Origin: a virus
Virus record (IMG/VR): IMGVR_UViG_3300045988_106261
Coordinates: 1-37,665 of that record
DNA: 37,665 nt
Reading direction: 5' to 3' (one strand)
The position numbers and the translations under genes were made by a program. The notes under the pieces are model-generated. The model saw only the letters and a program-made list of their open reading frames with translations, ran no database searches and was not told the DNA's origin. Positions 6,205 to 15,619 of the stretch are shown here, piece by piece; position 1 is the stretch's first letter, and each line of letters begins with the position of its first letter.

Positions 6205-6534
6205 ATGAGCGATTTCAAGACCTACACCCGCATCTGCGTGGACTGCGGCAAGGTGCTTAACAATGTCGGGCGCTCCGCTCAGCGCTGCCCCGAATGCGGC
6301 AAAAGGCACGCCAACGCTCAGAGCCTTGAATGGGATCGTCGGCGCAATGAAGAACTGCAGGCCCGGCGTCAGGGCCTTGCCGCTGAGCGCAGCAGCCTTG
6401 CCCTTCACGCCGAGGTCCGCGCCGCCGAAAAAGCCGGCCTGAGCTACGGCAAATACATGCTGCTGAAAATGCAGGCAAACAAAAAGCCCGCCGGTGCGCC
6501 AACACCGACGAGCCCAAAGGGTGATGGAATTTGA
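6205..6534 (+). CDS. Zinc-ribbon protein, unknown function
   Basis: CVDCG...17 aa...CPECG forms a four-Cys ribbon, followed by a charged helical region. It is tightly packed in the early operon. Confidence 0.7.
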   Translation: MSDFKTYTRICVDCGKVLNNVGRSAQRCPECGKRHANAQSLEWDRRRNEELQARRQGLAAERSSLALHAEVRAAEKAGLSYGKYMLLKMQANKKPAGAPTPTSPKGDGI

Positions 6535-6578
6535 AAGCCCCATCACCCCGATGATATCACAAAATCGGAGGTTTTACA

Positions 6579-6893
6579 ATGAAAGGAATTTTGATCGAAC
6601 CGGGCAAAGAGCCGGTAGTCACCACCCTGCCGGACAGCCTGTGGGCCATTGAAAACCGGCTGGGCACCCGCAGTGAGATGATCGTGCTGCCCCGCACCCC
6701 GGCGGTGCTGTTCGTGGGCCGGTACGATGGCCCCATCCAGCCCGCCAGCCTGCTGAACCGGACATACCGGGGCCGTCAGCTTTACGGGCCCATCCTCTGC
6801 TATGGCTGGAAGGGCAACAACATCCAGCCCATGAGCAAGGATGTGCAGGCCGAGATGCTGGACCGCCTCAAGGACACGGAGGTGCGGGTATGA
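6579..6893 (+). CDS. Hypothetical early protein (weak DUF3846-like resemblance)
   Basis: RBS is GGAGG (6567-6571). The ORF is 104 aa and its stop overlaps the next start (ATGA). The family call is only a weak pattern impression. Confidence 0.65.
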   Translation: MKGILIEPGKEPVVTTLPDSLWAIENRLGTRSEMIVLPRTPAVLFVGRYDGPIQPASLLNRTYRGRQLYGPILCYGWKGNNIQPMSKDVQAEMLDRLKDTEVRV

Positions 6894-8719
6894 CTACCTA
6901 TATCTGCAAATGCGGACGGCGAGTGAAGAAATCCACCGATGCCAGTACCACTGGCAACCGTCTGTCTGGCTATGCACCCGGCCATGAGTGCTGGGGATGC
7001 CCCTACGCCATGCCATACGGAAACTTTCAATGGGACGAAAGTGCCAAAACTGTCGCCCTGGAGACTCGGGGCTATGAGTGTCGGATGAGCAAGACTCTCA
7101 CTTATGCATCAGAATTCTCTGGCTCCATCAAGGACAAATGCACCTGTCGAGTGCACAGTTTGGACTTCGACTTTTTGTCTCAGGTCTCCGCATGGATCAA
7201 AGATACTTATCCAGACAGAGAGATTTTTGGCTCGTTTTCCAAAGATATTCGTGCATCGGACTATGGATCTGATGGCCGTTACTGCCTGACTATCACCTGC
7301 GCTCAAAATCTGAAAGGTGTTGCCGCAAAAAGAGAGCTGCTTGGTCAGTTTTTTACCCCGAATGGCAGCCGCAAGGACATGACACCGCAGCAGGAAATGG
7401 AAAAGATTCTTGCCGACATTAAAAAAGCAAAGGAGGTTTTCGCATGTGCACCTGCCCAGAATGCGGATGCTGCTGTGACTACGGCAGAGAATGCTGTCCC
7501 GACTGCCACAGCGGCAACGCCGACCACCTCGGAGAGCGGGGCGGATGCAAGCGCATCGACCCCCGCGACATCCCTGCAGAACTGCGAATCGGTCCCTGCC
7601 GCATCGGCGGGCGGTTCTTCTGCGTCGATGCCTTCGGCACCCGGTTTTGACTTTTCCGCTCTGGGCGAGCTGTCCGAACAGGCCGTGGAGACCGATCAGC
7701 AGTTCGATCTGCACTACGGCACCGCACAGGATGAATACCTCATTTCCTGCATCTACGTTGCCAAAATGCACGCCCTGACGGCCAAGGCTGGCCGCTATGG
7801 CGGCGGTACATGGACAAAGTGGTATGAGAGCAAGGGCATGAGCAAATCCAGCGTCTGGAATATGCTGCAAACAGGTGAAGGTTTTAAAGGTTCAACTGTT
7901 GAACAATTAACTTCAATCCCTGAACTTTCTCGCAAGGACCTGAACCTGATTGCCCGCTCCGGCTGCGCCGAACAGCTCACCGCAGCCGCCGGAGACAACC
8001 AGCGGGTGCAGGAGCTGCTGGCCCAGCTCAAGGCCGAGAAAGACCGTGCCGACACCGCCGAAAAGTCCGCTCAGAACGCCCGCAAGGAAAATGCCTATTT
8101 CAAGGAGCTGGTGAAAAGCGCCGAAGCCCAGACCCATAAGGACGCAGAAAAGCGGGAAGAAGCAGAAAGCCGCTACGAATCCGCTCTTGCCGACATCAGC
8201 GGCCTGAAAGAGCAGAACGCCCAGCTGAAAGAGCGCGCCGACTCTGCCGAAGCCCGGGAAGAGGAAGCATGGAAGATGCAGAGCAAGGCCGAGGCCCGGG
8301 CCAAAAATGCCGAGGGCCAGCTTTCCGGCTCCCGGCAGGTGGCCGAAGCGGCCAAGCTCCGTGCCGACAAGTTGCAGGAAGAAAATGCGGCCCTGAAAAA
8401 GCAGCCCATCGCTGCCGTGGTGGACGAGGAGGAAGTGGAGCGCCGGGCAAACCAGCGAGCCCATGATATCGCCACCGACCTTGCCGCCGAGATGACCGCC
8501 GACCTGCAGGCGCGGCTGGAACAGGCCTCTTCCGGCAGCGAACAGGACGCCCGCGATGCCTACGACAGCATCATTCTGGCCGGGCGCTCCATCACAAGCA
8601 TCGTTCAGTCCGCCAAAATGCAGTTCCGCAAACTGCCGGACGACCAGCGGGAGACCGCGATCAACCAGTTCGTTCACACACTCGCATCCGCTCAAGGGGA
8701 GGTATCCGCATGTCTGTAA
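6890..8719 (+). CDS. Large multidomain early protein: Cys-rich N-domain, low-complexity linker, DUF3102-like HTH region, long coiled coil
   Basis: 609 aa. The N-terminus has CKCG...CWGCP...C.C. An Ala/Ser/Thr/Pro linker covers about aa 195-250. GGGTWTKWYESKGMSKSSVWNMLQ resembles DUF3102 (GEW..W). The C-terminal ~230 aa are rich in E/K/A/Q heptad-like repeats. Confidence 0.65.
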   Translation: MTTYICKCGRRVKKSTDASTTGNRLSGYAPGHECWGCPYAMPYGNFQWDESAKTVALETRGYECRMSKTLTYASEFSGSIKDKCTCRVHSLDFDFLSQVSAWIKDTYPDREIFGSFSKDIRASDYGSDGRYCLTITCAQNLKGVAAKRELLGQFFTPNGSRKDMTPQQEMEKILADIKKAKEVFACAPAQNADAAVTTAENAVPTATAATPTTSESGADASASTPATSLQNCESVPAASAGGSSASMPSAPGFDFSALGELSEQAVETDQQFDLHYGTAQDEYLISCIYVAKMHALTAKAGRYGGGTWTKWYESKGMSKSSVWNMLQTGEGFKGSTVEQLTSIPELSRKDLNLIARSGCAEQLTAAAGDNQRVQELLAQLKAEKDRADTAEKSAQNARKENAYFKELVKSAEAQTHKDAEKREEAESRYESALADISGLKEQNAQLKERADSAEAREEEAWKMQSKAEARAKNAEGQLSGSRQVAEAAKLRADKLQEENAALKKQPIAAVVDEEEVERRANQRAHDIATDLAAEMTADLQARLEQASSGSEQDARDAYDSIILAGRSITSIVQSAKMQFRKLPDDQRETAINQFVHTLASAQGEVSACL

Positions 8720-10038
8720 AGATCATGGCCTTAGAGGCCGAAAACGTCAAACGCATCAAAGCCGTTGCACTCACGCCGTCGCCCACCGGGCTCACCATCG
8801 TGGGCGGCAACAACAATCAGGGCAAGACCAGCGTGCTGGATGCGCTGGCGTGGGCCCTCGGCGGCGACAGATTCCGCCCGGACGCCGCCCAGCGGGACGG
8901 GGCCGTGGCTCCCGCCCACCTCAAGGTCAGGCTCTCCAATGGCGTGGTGGTGGAGCGCAAGGGCAAGAACAGCACCCTGACCGTCACCGACCCCACCGGA
9001 CGCCGCAGCGGCCAGCAGCTGCTCAACGCCTTTATCGAGCCGCTGGCGCTGGATCTGCCCCGCTTCATGGAAGCGTCCGACAAGGAAAAGGCGGACATCC
9101 TGCTGCGGATCATCGGCATCGGCACCGAACTCCACACCCGGGATCTTGAGATCAAGGCCCTGTACGACAAGCGCACCTTCACCGGCCAGCTGGCCGCGCA
9201 GAAAAAGCACTTTGCCGAGGAGCTGATCTCCTACCCGGACGCACCGGAGAAGCCGGTCAGCGCCTCCGACCTCATCCGTCAGCAGCAGGAAATTCTGGCC
9301 CGCAACGGCGAGAATCAGCGCAAGCGCCAGCAGTTCCATGAACTGGCCCGTCAGAGGGACGAAGCTATGGCCGAGATGCACCGTCTGGATGAACGCATCG
9401 CCGAGCTGACTGCCCAGCGGGACGAAGTGAGCAAGAAGCACACGCTGCTGTTCACGCAAGCCATGGATGCCAACAAAACGGCAGAGCAGCTTCAGGACGA
9501 ATCCACCGCCGAACTGGAAGCTTCCATCCGGGACATCGAAGAGACCAACCGCAAGGTGCGGGCCAATCTGGAAAAATCCCGGGCCGAGGACGAAGCCGCC
9601 CGGTATGCCAGCGATTACGACAAGCTCACCGAAGCCATCACCCGGAAACGGGCCGACCGCATGGCCCTGCTGAACGGTGCCGACCTGCCCCTGCCGGAGC
9701 TGAGCGTGGAGGACGGCGCCCTTACCTATAAAGGCAAGCACTGGCGGGATATGTCCGGCAGCGACCAGCTGCGGGTGGCCGCGGCCATCGTCCGCCGCCT
9801 GAACCCGGACTGCGGTTTTGTGCTGCTGGACAAGCTGGAACAGATGGACATGACCACCCTGCAGGAGTTTTCCGCATGGCTGGAAGCAGAACACCTGCAG
9901 GCCATTGCCACCCGGGTCTCCACCGGCTGCGAGTGCCAGATCATCATTGAGGACGGCATGGTGAAGGATGCCGAAACCACCCTGCCGCCCGTCACCGAAA
10001 AGCCCCAGCAGAAGAGCTGGACGAAAGGAGCGTTTTAA
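8710..10038 (+). CDS. SMC/RecF/SbcC-like AAA ATPase with inserted coiled coil
   Basis: Walker A is GGNNNQGKTS near the N-terminus. A central coiled coil covers about aa 170-300. The C-terminus has FVLLDKLEQMD (Walker B-like). RBS is GGGGAGG. This is typical of Firmicutes phage recombination modules. Confidence 0.8.
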   Translation: MSVKIMALEAENVKRIKAVALTPSPTGLTIVGGNNNQGKTSVLDALAWALGGDRFRPDAAQRDGAVAPAHLKVRLSNGVVVERKGKNSTLTVTDPTGRRSGQQLLNAFIEPLALDLPRFMEASDKEKADILLRIIGIGTELHTRDLEIKALYDKRTFTGQLAAQKKHFAEELISYPDAPEKPVSASDLIRQQQEILARNGENQRKRQQFHELARQRDEAMAEMHRLDERIAELTAQRDEVSKKHTLLFTQAMDANKTAEQLQDESTAELEASIRDIEETNRKVRANLEKSRAEDEAARYASDYDKLTEAITRKRADRMALLNGADLPLPELSVEDGALTYKGKHWRDMSGSDQLRVAAAIVRRLNPDCGFVLLDKLEQMDMTTLQEFSAWLEAEHLQAIATRVSTGCECQIIIEDGMVKDAETTLPPVTEKPQQKSWTKGAF

Positions 10039-11121
10039 ATGAGCAAGTATGCCATCACCGCCGGGGTACAGGATTCCCCGGTCAAGACCGTGCTGTACGG
10101 CCCGGAGGGTATTGGCAAATCCACCTTTGCCTCTCACTTTCCGGACCCCGTATTCATCGACACCGAGGGCGGCACCAAGCGGCTGAACGTCAAGCGCCTG
10201 CCCCAGCCCACCAGCTGGGCCATGCTGCTGGACGAGGTGGCCGAGGTGCGCAAGGGCAGTATCCCCTGCGGCACGCTGGTCATCGACACCGCCGACTGGG
10301 CTGAACGGCTGGCCATTGACGCCGTCTGTGCCAAGGCCAAGGTGGACGGGCTGGAGGGCTTTGGCTACGGCAAAGGCTACACCTACCTGAAGGAGGAGTT
10401 CGGCAAGCTGCTGGACGCGCTGGAAGAGGTGCTGAACACCGGACACAATGTTCTGATCCTTGCCCACGCGGCCATCACCAAGTTCGAGCAGCCGGACGCG
10501 GCGGGCAGCTACGACCGCTGGACCATGAAGACCACCAAGCAGGTGGAGCCGCTGATCCGGGAGTGGTGCGATATGCTGCTTTTCGTCAACTACCAGACCG
10601 TAGTGGAAAAGAGCGGCAGCGCCCCCAACGCAAAAAACAAGGTGACCGGCGGCCGCCGGGTCATGTACACCACCCATCACCCCTGCTGGGACGCCAAAAA
10701 CCGCTTTGGCCTGCCGGACGAAATGCCATTTGATTATGCCGGCATTGCCGCCTGCATCCCCGGCACCACACCTGCACCCGCACCGCAGCCGGAGCCGCGT
10801 CCCCAGCCGGAAGCCGACATCCTGCCCAGCCCGCAGGCGCAGCCGGAGCCGCCGCAGCCGGAACCGCCCGCCGAGACGGTGCCCAAAGCCCTGCTGGTGC
10901 CCGACCTGATCGCGTTGGGTGTGCCGGAAAAGCTGGCCCCGCTCATGAGCGCCAACAACGTCACCCCGGAGGAGCTGCAGGCTGTGGTGGGCAAGCGGGG
11001 CTATTTCCCCGAGGATATGCCCATCCGGGACTACCCGGCCGATTTCGTAGAGGGCTGTCTGGTGGCCGCATGGCCCCAGGTGCTCCAGATGGTGCTGGAC
11101 AGCCGTGACCTGCCGTTTTAA
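10039..11121 (+). CDS. AAA_24 / Sak4-like RecA-fold ATPase with Pro-rich linker and C-terminal extension
   Basis: LYGPEGIGKSTFA (Walker A) and LVIDTADW (Walker B-like). The repeat PAPAPQPEPRPQPE...PQAQPEPPQPEPP lies at about aa 250-285. The protein ends in ...DSRDLPF. Confidence 0.8.
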   Translation: MSKYAITAGVQDSPVKTVLYGPEGIGKSTFASHFPDPVFIDTEGGTKRLNVKRLPQPTSWAMLLDEVAEVRKGSIPCGTLVIDTADWAERLAIDAVCAKAKVDGLEGFGYGKGYTYLKEEFGKLLDALEEVLNTGHNVLILAHAAITKFEQPDAAGSYDRWTMKTTKQVEPLIREWCDMLLFVNYQTVVEKSGSAPNAKNKVTGGRRVMYTTHHPCWDAKNRFGLPDEMPFDYAGIAACIPGTTPAPAPQPEPRPQPEADILPSPQAQPEPPQPEPPAETVPKALLVPDLIALGVPEKLAPLMSANNVTPEELQAVVGKRGYFPEDMPIRDYPADFVEGCLVAAWPQVLQMVLDSRDLPF

Positions 11122-11230
11122 GGAGCCAACCCTCTCACCGGGCCCGTCCGCCTTGCGGCGGCGCAGCCCCGGAGCTCCCCCCGAAGGGGGAGCCAAGAAT
11201 CAAGGAATTATTATAAAGGAGACTTTACTT

Positions 11231-11719
11231 ATGAATGACATGAACACCACCGACCGCGCCCTGAGCTGGGACGACGAATTTACCAACGAACAGCAGGAGT
11301 TCGTGCTCCTTCCCGAGGGCGATTATGCCTTTGAGGTCACCGGCATGGAACGTGCCCGCTTTGAGGGCAGCGCCAAGCTGCCGCCCTGCTCCATGGCAAA
11401 GCTAACCCTGAAGATCTTCGGCGGGGCCAAGGGCGACACCACCGTCACCGACCGCCTGTACCTGCACACCAAAACGCAGGGCCTGCTGGGCGCTTTCTTC
11501 GAGAGCATCGGCCAGTGCAAGCGCGGCGAGACCTTCCGCCCCCGCTGGAACGAAGTGGTGGGTGCCCGGGGCTGGTGCCGTCTGGGCATCCGGGAGTACA
11601 CCAAGCAGAGCGGCCCTCATGCAGGCGAGACCGGCCAGAGCAACGAGGTGCAGCGCTTCCTGCCGCCGCCGGAACCCAAGGCCGCACCCACTCAGGGCTG
11701 GACGCAGGGGGCATTCTGA
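11231..11719 (+). CDS. DUF669-like phage protein (SSB-like accessory of Sak4 modules)
   Basis: ATG 11231 follows AAAGGAG (11215-11221). The upstream part of the track ORF (from 11105) is a GC-rich hairpin region. LPEGDYAFEVTGME...AKLTLKI resembles DUF669. The position between the AAA_24 protein and the helicase is typical. Confidence 0.65.
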   Translation: MNDMNTTDRALSWDDEFTNEQQEFVLLPEGDYAFEVTGMERARFEGSAKLPPCSMAKLTLKIFGGAKGDTTVTDRLYLHTKTQGLLGAFFESIGQCKRGETFRPRWNEVVGARGWCRLGIREYTKQSGPHAGETGQSNEVQRFLPPPEPKAAPTQGWTQGAF

Positions 11720-13344
11720 TGGGGCAGGAACTGAGACCCTACCAGCAGCAGGCCCGTGAACGCATCCACGCCGAGTGGGAGAACGGCCACACCCGCACCC
11801 TGCTGGTGCTGCCCACTGGCACCGGCAAGACCATCGTGTTTGCGTCCGTGGCCGCCGATCAGGTGCGGGCGGGCCACCGGGTGCTTATTCTGGCCCACCG
11901 GGGCGAGCTGCTGGAACAGGCAGCGGACAAGCTGCAGCGCTCCACCGGCCTTGTCAGCGCCGTGGAAAAGGCAGACGCCACCTGCCTGAACACATGGTTC
12001 CGGGTGGTGGTGGGCAGCGTGCAGACCCTGCAGCGCACCGCCCGGTTGGAACGCTTCCCTCATGATTACTTTGGCACCATCATCATTGACGAGGCCCACC
12101 ACGCCATCACCGACGGCTACCGCCGCATCCTCGACTACTTCGGCAGCGCCAAGGTGCTGGGCGTCACCGCCACCCCTGACCGGGGCGACATGCGCAATCT
12201 GGGCGAGGTGTTCGACAGCCTTGCCTTTGAGTATAAGCTGACCGATGCCATCAAAGAGGGCTATCTGTGCCGCATCATGGCCCAGACCATCCCCCTGAAG
12301 CTGGACATTTCTTCTGTCACCATGAGCGGCGGGGACTACGCCGTGGGAGACCTCGGCACTGCGCTGGACCCCTATCTGGAACAGATCGCCGCCGAGATGG
12401 CCCAGCGCTGCAAGGGCCGCAAAACAGTCGTATTCCTGCCCCTCATCAAGACCAGCCAGAAGTTCCGGGACCTGCTGAACGCCAAGGGCTTCCGTGCCGC
12501 TGAGGTCAACGGCCAGAGCACCGACCGCCGCGAGATTTTGGCCGACTTTGATGCCGGGAAGTACAACGTGCTGTGCAACTCCATGCTGCTCACCGAGGGC
12601 TGGGACTGCCCGTCTGTGGACTGCGTGGTGGTGCTGCGGCCCACCAAGGTGCGCAGCCTGTACAGCCAGATGGTGGGGCGCGGCACCCGGCTCTCCCCGG
12701 GCAAGACCGACCTGCTGCTCCTCGATTTTTTGTGGATGACCGACAAGCACGAGCTCTGCCGCCCGGCGGATCTGGTCTGCGAGGACCGCGCCGTGGCCCG
12801 CCAGATGACCGAAAATCTGGCCGGGAGCGGCTGCCCGCAGGACATCGAGGAAGCCGCCGCCGAGGCCAGCGAGGACGTGGTGACCCAGCGGGAGGAAGCC
12901 CTTGCAAAGCAGCTGGAAGAACAGCGCCGCAAAAAGGCCAAGCTGGTGGACCCCCTGCAGTACGAGATGAGCATTCAGGCCGAGGACCTTGCCGGGTATG
13001 TGCCGGCCTTTGGCTGGGAAGCAGGCCCGCCCACCGAACAGCAGGCCGCCGCGCTGGAAAAGCTGGGCATCCTGCCGGACGCCGTGGAGTCGGCAGGCAA
13101 GGCCAGCCTTTTGCTGGACCGGCTGCACAAGCGCCGGGACGAAGGCCTCACCACCCCAAAGCAGATCCGCTGTCTGGAAAAATACGGCTTCCAACACGTG
13201 GGCAGGTGGAGCTTCGAGCAGGCCAAACACATGATCGACCGCATTGCGGCGGGCGGCTGGCGGGGTGTGCCCAAGGGCGTTACCCCCAGCACCTACACGC
13301 CGCCCGCAGAACCGGCCTTTCCGGATAGCAGCTTTGGATGGTGA
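11719..13344 (+). CDS. Superfamily-2 DEAD/DEAH-type DNA helicase
   Basis: The start ATG 11719 overlaps the upstream TGA (TGATG). Motifs: LPTGTGKT (I), IIIDEAHHA (II), GVTATPDR (III), QMVGRGTR (VI). The track ORF from 11515 is an out-of-gene extension. Confidence 0.9.
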   Translation: MGQELRPYQQQARERIHAEWENGHTRTLLVLPTGTGKTIVFASVAADQVRAGHRVLILAHRGELLEQAADKLQRSTGLVSAVEKADATCLNTWFRVVVGSVQTLQRTARLERFPHDYFGTIIIDEAHHAITDGYRRILDYFGSAKVLGVTATPDRGDMRNLGEVFDSLAFEYKLTDAIKEGYLCRIMAQTIPLKLDISSVTMSGGDYAVGDLGTALDPYLEQIAAEMAQRCKGRKTVVFLPLIKTSQKFRDLLNAKGFRAAEVNGQSTDRREILADFDAGKYNVLCNSMLLTEGWDCPSVDCVVVLRPTKVRSLYSQMVGRGTRLSPGKTDLLLLDFLWMTDKHELCRPADLVCEDRAVARQMTENLAGSGCPQDIEEAAAEASEDVVTQREEALAKQLEEQRRKKAKLVDPLQYEMSIQAEDLAGYVPAFGWEAGPPTEQQAAALEKLGILPDAVESAGKASLLLDRLHKRRDEGLTTPKQIRCLEKYGFQHVGRWSFEQAKHMIDRIAAGGWRGVPKGVTPSTYTPPAEPAFPDSSFGW

Positions 13345-15584
13345 TGCGAATGGAACATGAAAATGAACTCAAAGAAGCGCTGGACTTCATTTCCCCGGCC
13401 TCCCTGACCTATGAGGAATGGACGATGGTGGGCATGGCGCTGAAGGATTCCGGCCTGCCCGTCACCGTCTGGGAAGCATGGAGCGCCCGGGACGGGGGCC
13501 GTTACCACAAGGGCGAGTGTGCCAAAAAGTGGGAGAGTTTCCACGGCAGCACAAAGCCTGTCACCGAGAGCAGCATCTTCCAGCTGGCCTACTCCCACGG
13601 GTGGAGCGGCCCGGCGGGCCATGCGCTGGACTGGGGCGACGAGCTCTCTGCCGGGCCCGGTGCACAAACCGAGGGCCGCGTGGTAGATCCCCGGTGGGTG
13701 GAAGCCCACGAGCTGGATCTGCCCGCAGAGTGGCACCCGGCAGAGCAGATCAAGCGCTACCTGCAAGCCCTGTTTGAGCCGGAGGAATACGTTGCCTACG
13801 TCACCGAGAGCTACCGGAAGGAGGACGGGCGTTTTGCCCCCAACGGCTGCTCCTGTCAGCTGACCGCCGGGCAGCTCATCATGGAGCTGGATCATTACGG
13901 CGATGATATCGGTGCTGCCCTTGGCGACTACAACCCCGAAGCCGGTGCGTGGATCTGCTTCAACCCCATGGACGGCGGAGGCCGCCGCAACGAGAACGTG
14001 ACCGACTTCCGCTACGCCCTCGTGGAGTGCGACAATATGGAGCTGGGCAGGCAGCAGGCCATCATCCGGCAGCTGGAACTGCCCTGTGCCGCGCTGGTCT
14101 ACTCCGGCGGCAAGAGCGTCCACGCCATCGTCAAGGTGGATGCCCCGGACTATGCCGAGTACCGCAGGCGGGTGGATTACCTCTACGCCGCCTGTCAGAA
14201 AAACGGCCTGACCATCGACCAGCAGAACCGCAACCCTTCCCGCCTTTCCCGGATGCCCGGCATCCTGCGCGGTGACAAACGGCAGACCCTGCTGGAAACG
14301 AACATCGGGAAATCCTGCTGGGACGAGTGGCGGGACTGGCTGGAAGCGGAGACCGACGAGCTGCCCGAGACCGAGAGTCTGGCCGACGACTGGGAGAGCC
14401 TGCCCCCGCTGGCCGATGCCCTCATCACCGGGGTGCTGCGCAAGGGCCACAAGATGCTGCTGGCAGGCCCCAGCAAGGCGGGCAAGAGCTTTGCCCTCAT
14501 CGAGCTGTGCATCGCCATCGCCGAAGGCAGGCCGTGGCTGGGCCGGTTCTCCTGCGCACAGGGCAAGGTACTGTACATCAATCTGGAGCTGGACCGGGCC
14601 TCCTGCCTGCACCGCTTCAAGGACGTGTACACTGCCCTCGGCCTGCCCCCGCAGAACCTGCGGAACATCGACATCTGGAACCTGCGCGGCGCGTCCGTGC
14701 CTATGGACAAGCTGGCCCCAAAGCTCATCCGCCGGGCCCAGAAAAAAGGCTACACCGCCGTGATCCTCGACCCCATTTATAAGGTCATCACCGGCGACGA
14801 GAACAGTGCCGACCAGATGGCAAAGTTCTGCAACCAGTTCGACCTTGTGTGCCGTGCGCTGGACTGTGCCGTGATCTACTGCCACCACCACAGCAAAGGT
14901 GCCCAGGGCGGCAAGCGCAGCATGGACCGCGCATCCGGCTCCGGCGTGTTCGCCCGCGACCCGGATGCCATGCTGGACATGACCGAGCTCACCCCCACCG
15001 ATGCCATCCGGGAACAGCTCCATAACAAAGCCGCCTGCCGGGTCATCAAGGCCATGCTGGACAAGCGCGGCCATGGGGATGCCTACGGCCCGGACGATAC
15101 CCTGAGCCGCAGCCGGATGCTGGCCGTTGCCAAAGAACACCTTGGCATGGCCGACCTGCGGGCCATCGATGCCGAAGTGGCCGCCGCCCAGAAGCAGGCC
15201 GACAGCATGACCGCATGGCGCATCGAGGGCACCCTGCGCGAGTTTGCCCGCTTCGACCCGGTGAACCTCTGGTTCGACTACCCCGTGCACAAGCCGGACA
15301 CCGGCCTGCTGGAGGACCTGCAGCCGGACAGCGATTTCAAAACGCTGGGCAGCCGCGGTGCCGCCAAGCGCTGGGGCGATAAAGGCAAGGTGACCAAGGA
15401 CAAAAAGGCCGAACTGGACACCGCCTTTGAAGCCTGCATGATGGACGGCGAAGTTACCGTCTATGCGCTGGCTGAATACATGGATCTGAAGCCCCGCACC
15501 ATCAAGACGCGGCTGAAAGATGACGGACGTTTCTGGATCGATGGCGAGAAAGTGGGCCGCAAGGAGCCCGGCAGCGCAGGTTAA
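13338..15584 (+). CDS. Bifunctional primase (PriCT-2/prim-pol-like N-half) and AAA_25 RepA/DnaB-like helicase
   Basis: The N-terminus EEWTMVGMALKDSGLPVTVWEAWSARDGGRYHKGECAKKWESF follows the PriCT-2 pattern. The central acidic motifs ALVECD and SVHAIVKV are prim-pol-like. The C-half has LLAGPSKAGKSFALIELCIAIA (Walker A) and AVILDPIY (Walker B). Confidence 0.85.
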   Translation: MVMRMEHENELKEALDFISPASLTYEEWTMVGMALKDSGLPVTVWEAWSARDGGRYHKGECAKKWESFHGSTKPVTESSIFQLAYSHGWSGPAGHALDWGDELSAGPGAQTEGRVVDPRWVEAHELDLPAEWHPAEQIKRYLQALFEPEEYVAYVTESYRKEDGRFAPNGCSCQLTAGQLIMELDHYGDDIGAALGDYNPEAGAWICFNPMDGGGRRNENVTDFRYALVECDNMELGRQQAIIRQLELPCAALVYSGGKSVHAIVKVDAPDYAEYRRRVDYLYAACQKNGLTIDQQNRNPSRLSRMPGILRGDKRQTLLETNIGKSCWDEWRDWLEAETDELPETESLADDWESLPPLADALITGVLRKGHKMLLAGPSKAGKSFALIELCIAIAEGRPWLGRFSCAQGKVLYINLELDRASCLHRFKDVYTALGLPPQNLRNIDIWNLRGASVPMDKLAPKLIRRAQKKGYTAVILDPIYKVITGDENSADQMAKFCNQFDLVCRALDCAVIYCHHHSKGAQGGKRSMDRASGSGVFARDPDAMLDMTELTPTDAIREQLHNKAACRVIKAMLDKRGHGDAYGPDDTLSRSRMLAVAKEHLGMADLRAIDAEVAAAQKQADSMTAWRIEGTLREFARFDPVNLWFDYPVHKPDTGLLEDLQPDSDFKTLGSRGAAKRWGDKGKVTKDKKAELDTAFEACMMDGEVTVYALAEYMDLKPRTIKTRLKDDGRFWIDGEKVGRKEPGSAG

Positions 15585-15619
15585 ACAATCCGTAATAAGT
15601 CAGATTACAATTTGTTGTA

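Noticed and set aside
10760-10880. A nucleotide-level repeat (cagccggagccg and variants) that could be a tandem-repeat locus.
   Set aside because: - It is in frame within the Sak4-like gene and simply encodes the PxPxP linker (PQPEPRPQPE...PQAQPEPPQPEPP).
- It is treated as a protein linker and discussed under the C-terminal tail finding.
8731-11196. Very long antisense ORFs: 8731-11196 (821 aa), 11692-13230 (512 aa), 13293-15290 (665 aa), 27207-30815 (1202 aa), 36078-37328 (416 aa) and many shorter ones on the minus strand.
   Set aside because: - They lie entirely opposite well-supported plus-strand genes with recognisable motifs and RBSs.
- Their translations are low-complexity and rich in Gly/Ala/Arg/Pro/Val/His.
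- They lack RBSs.
- Open antisense frames are expected in high-GC DNA because stop codons are rare.
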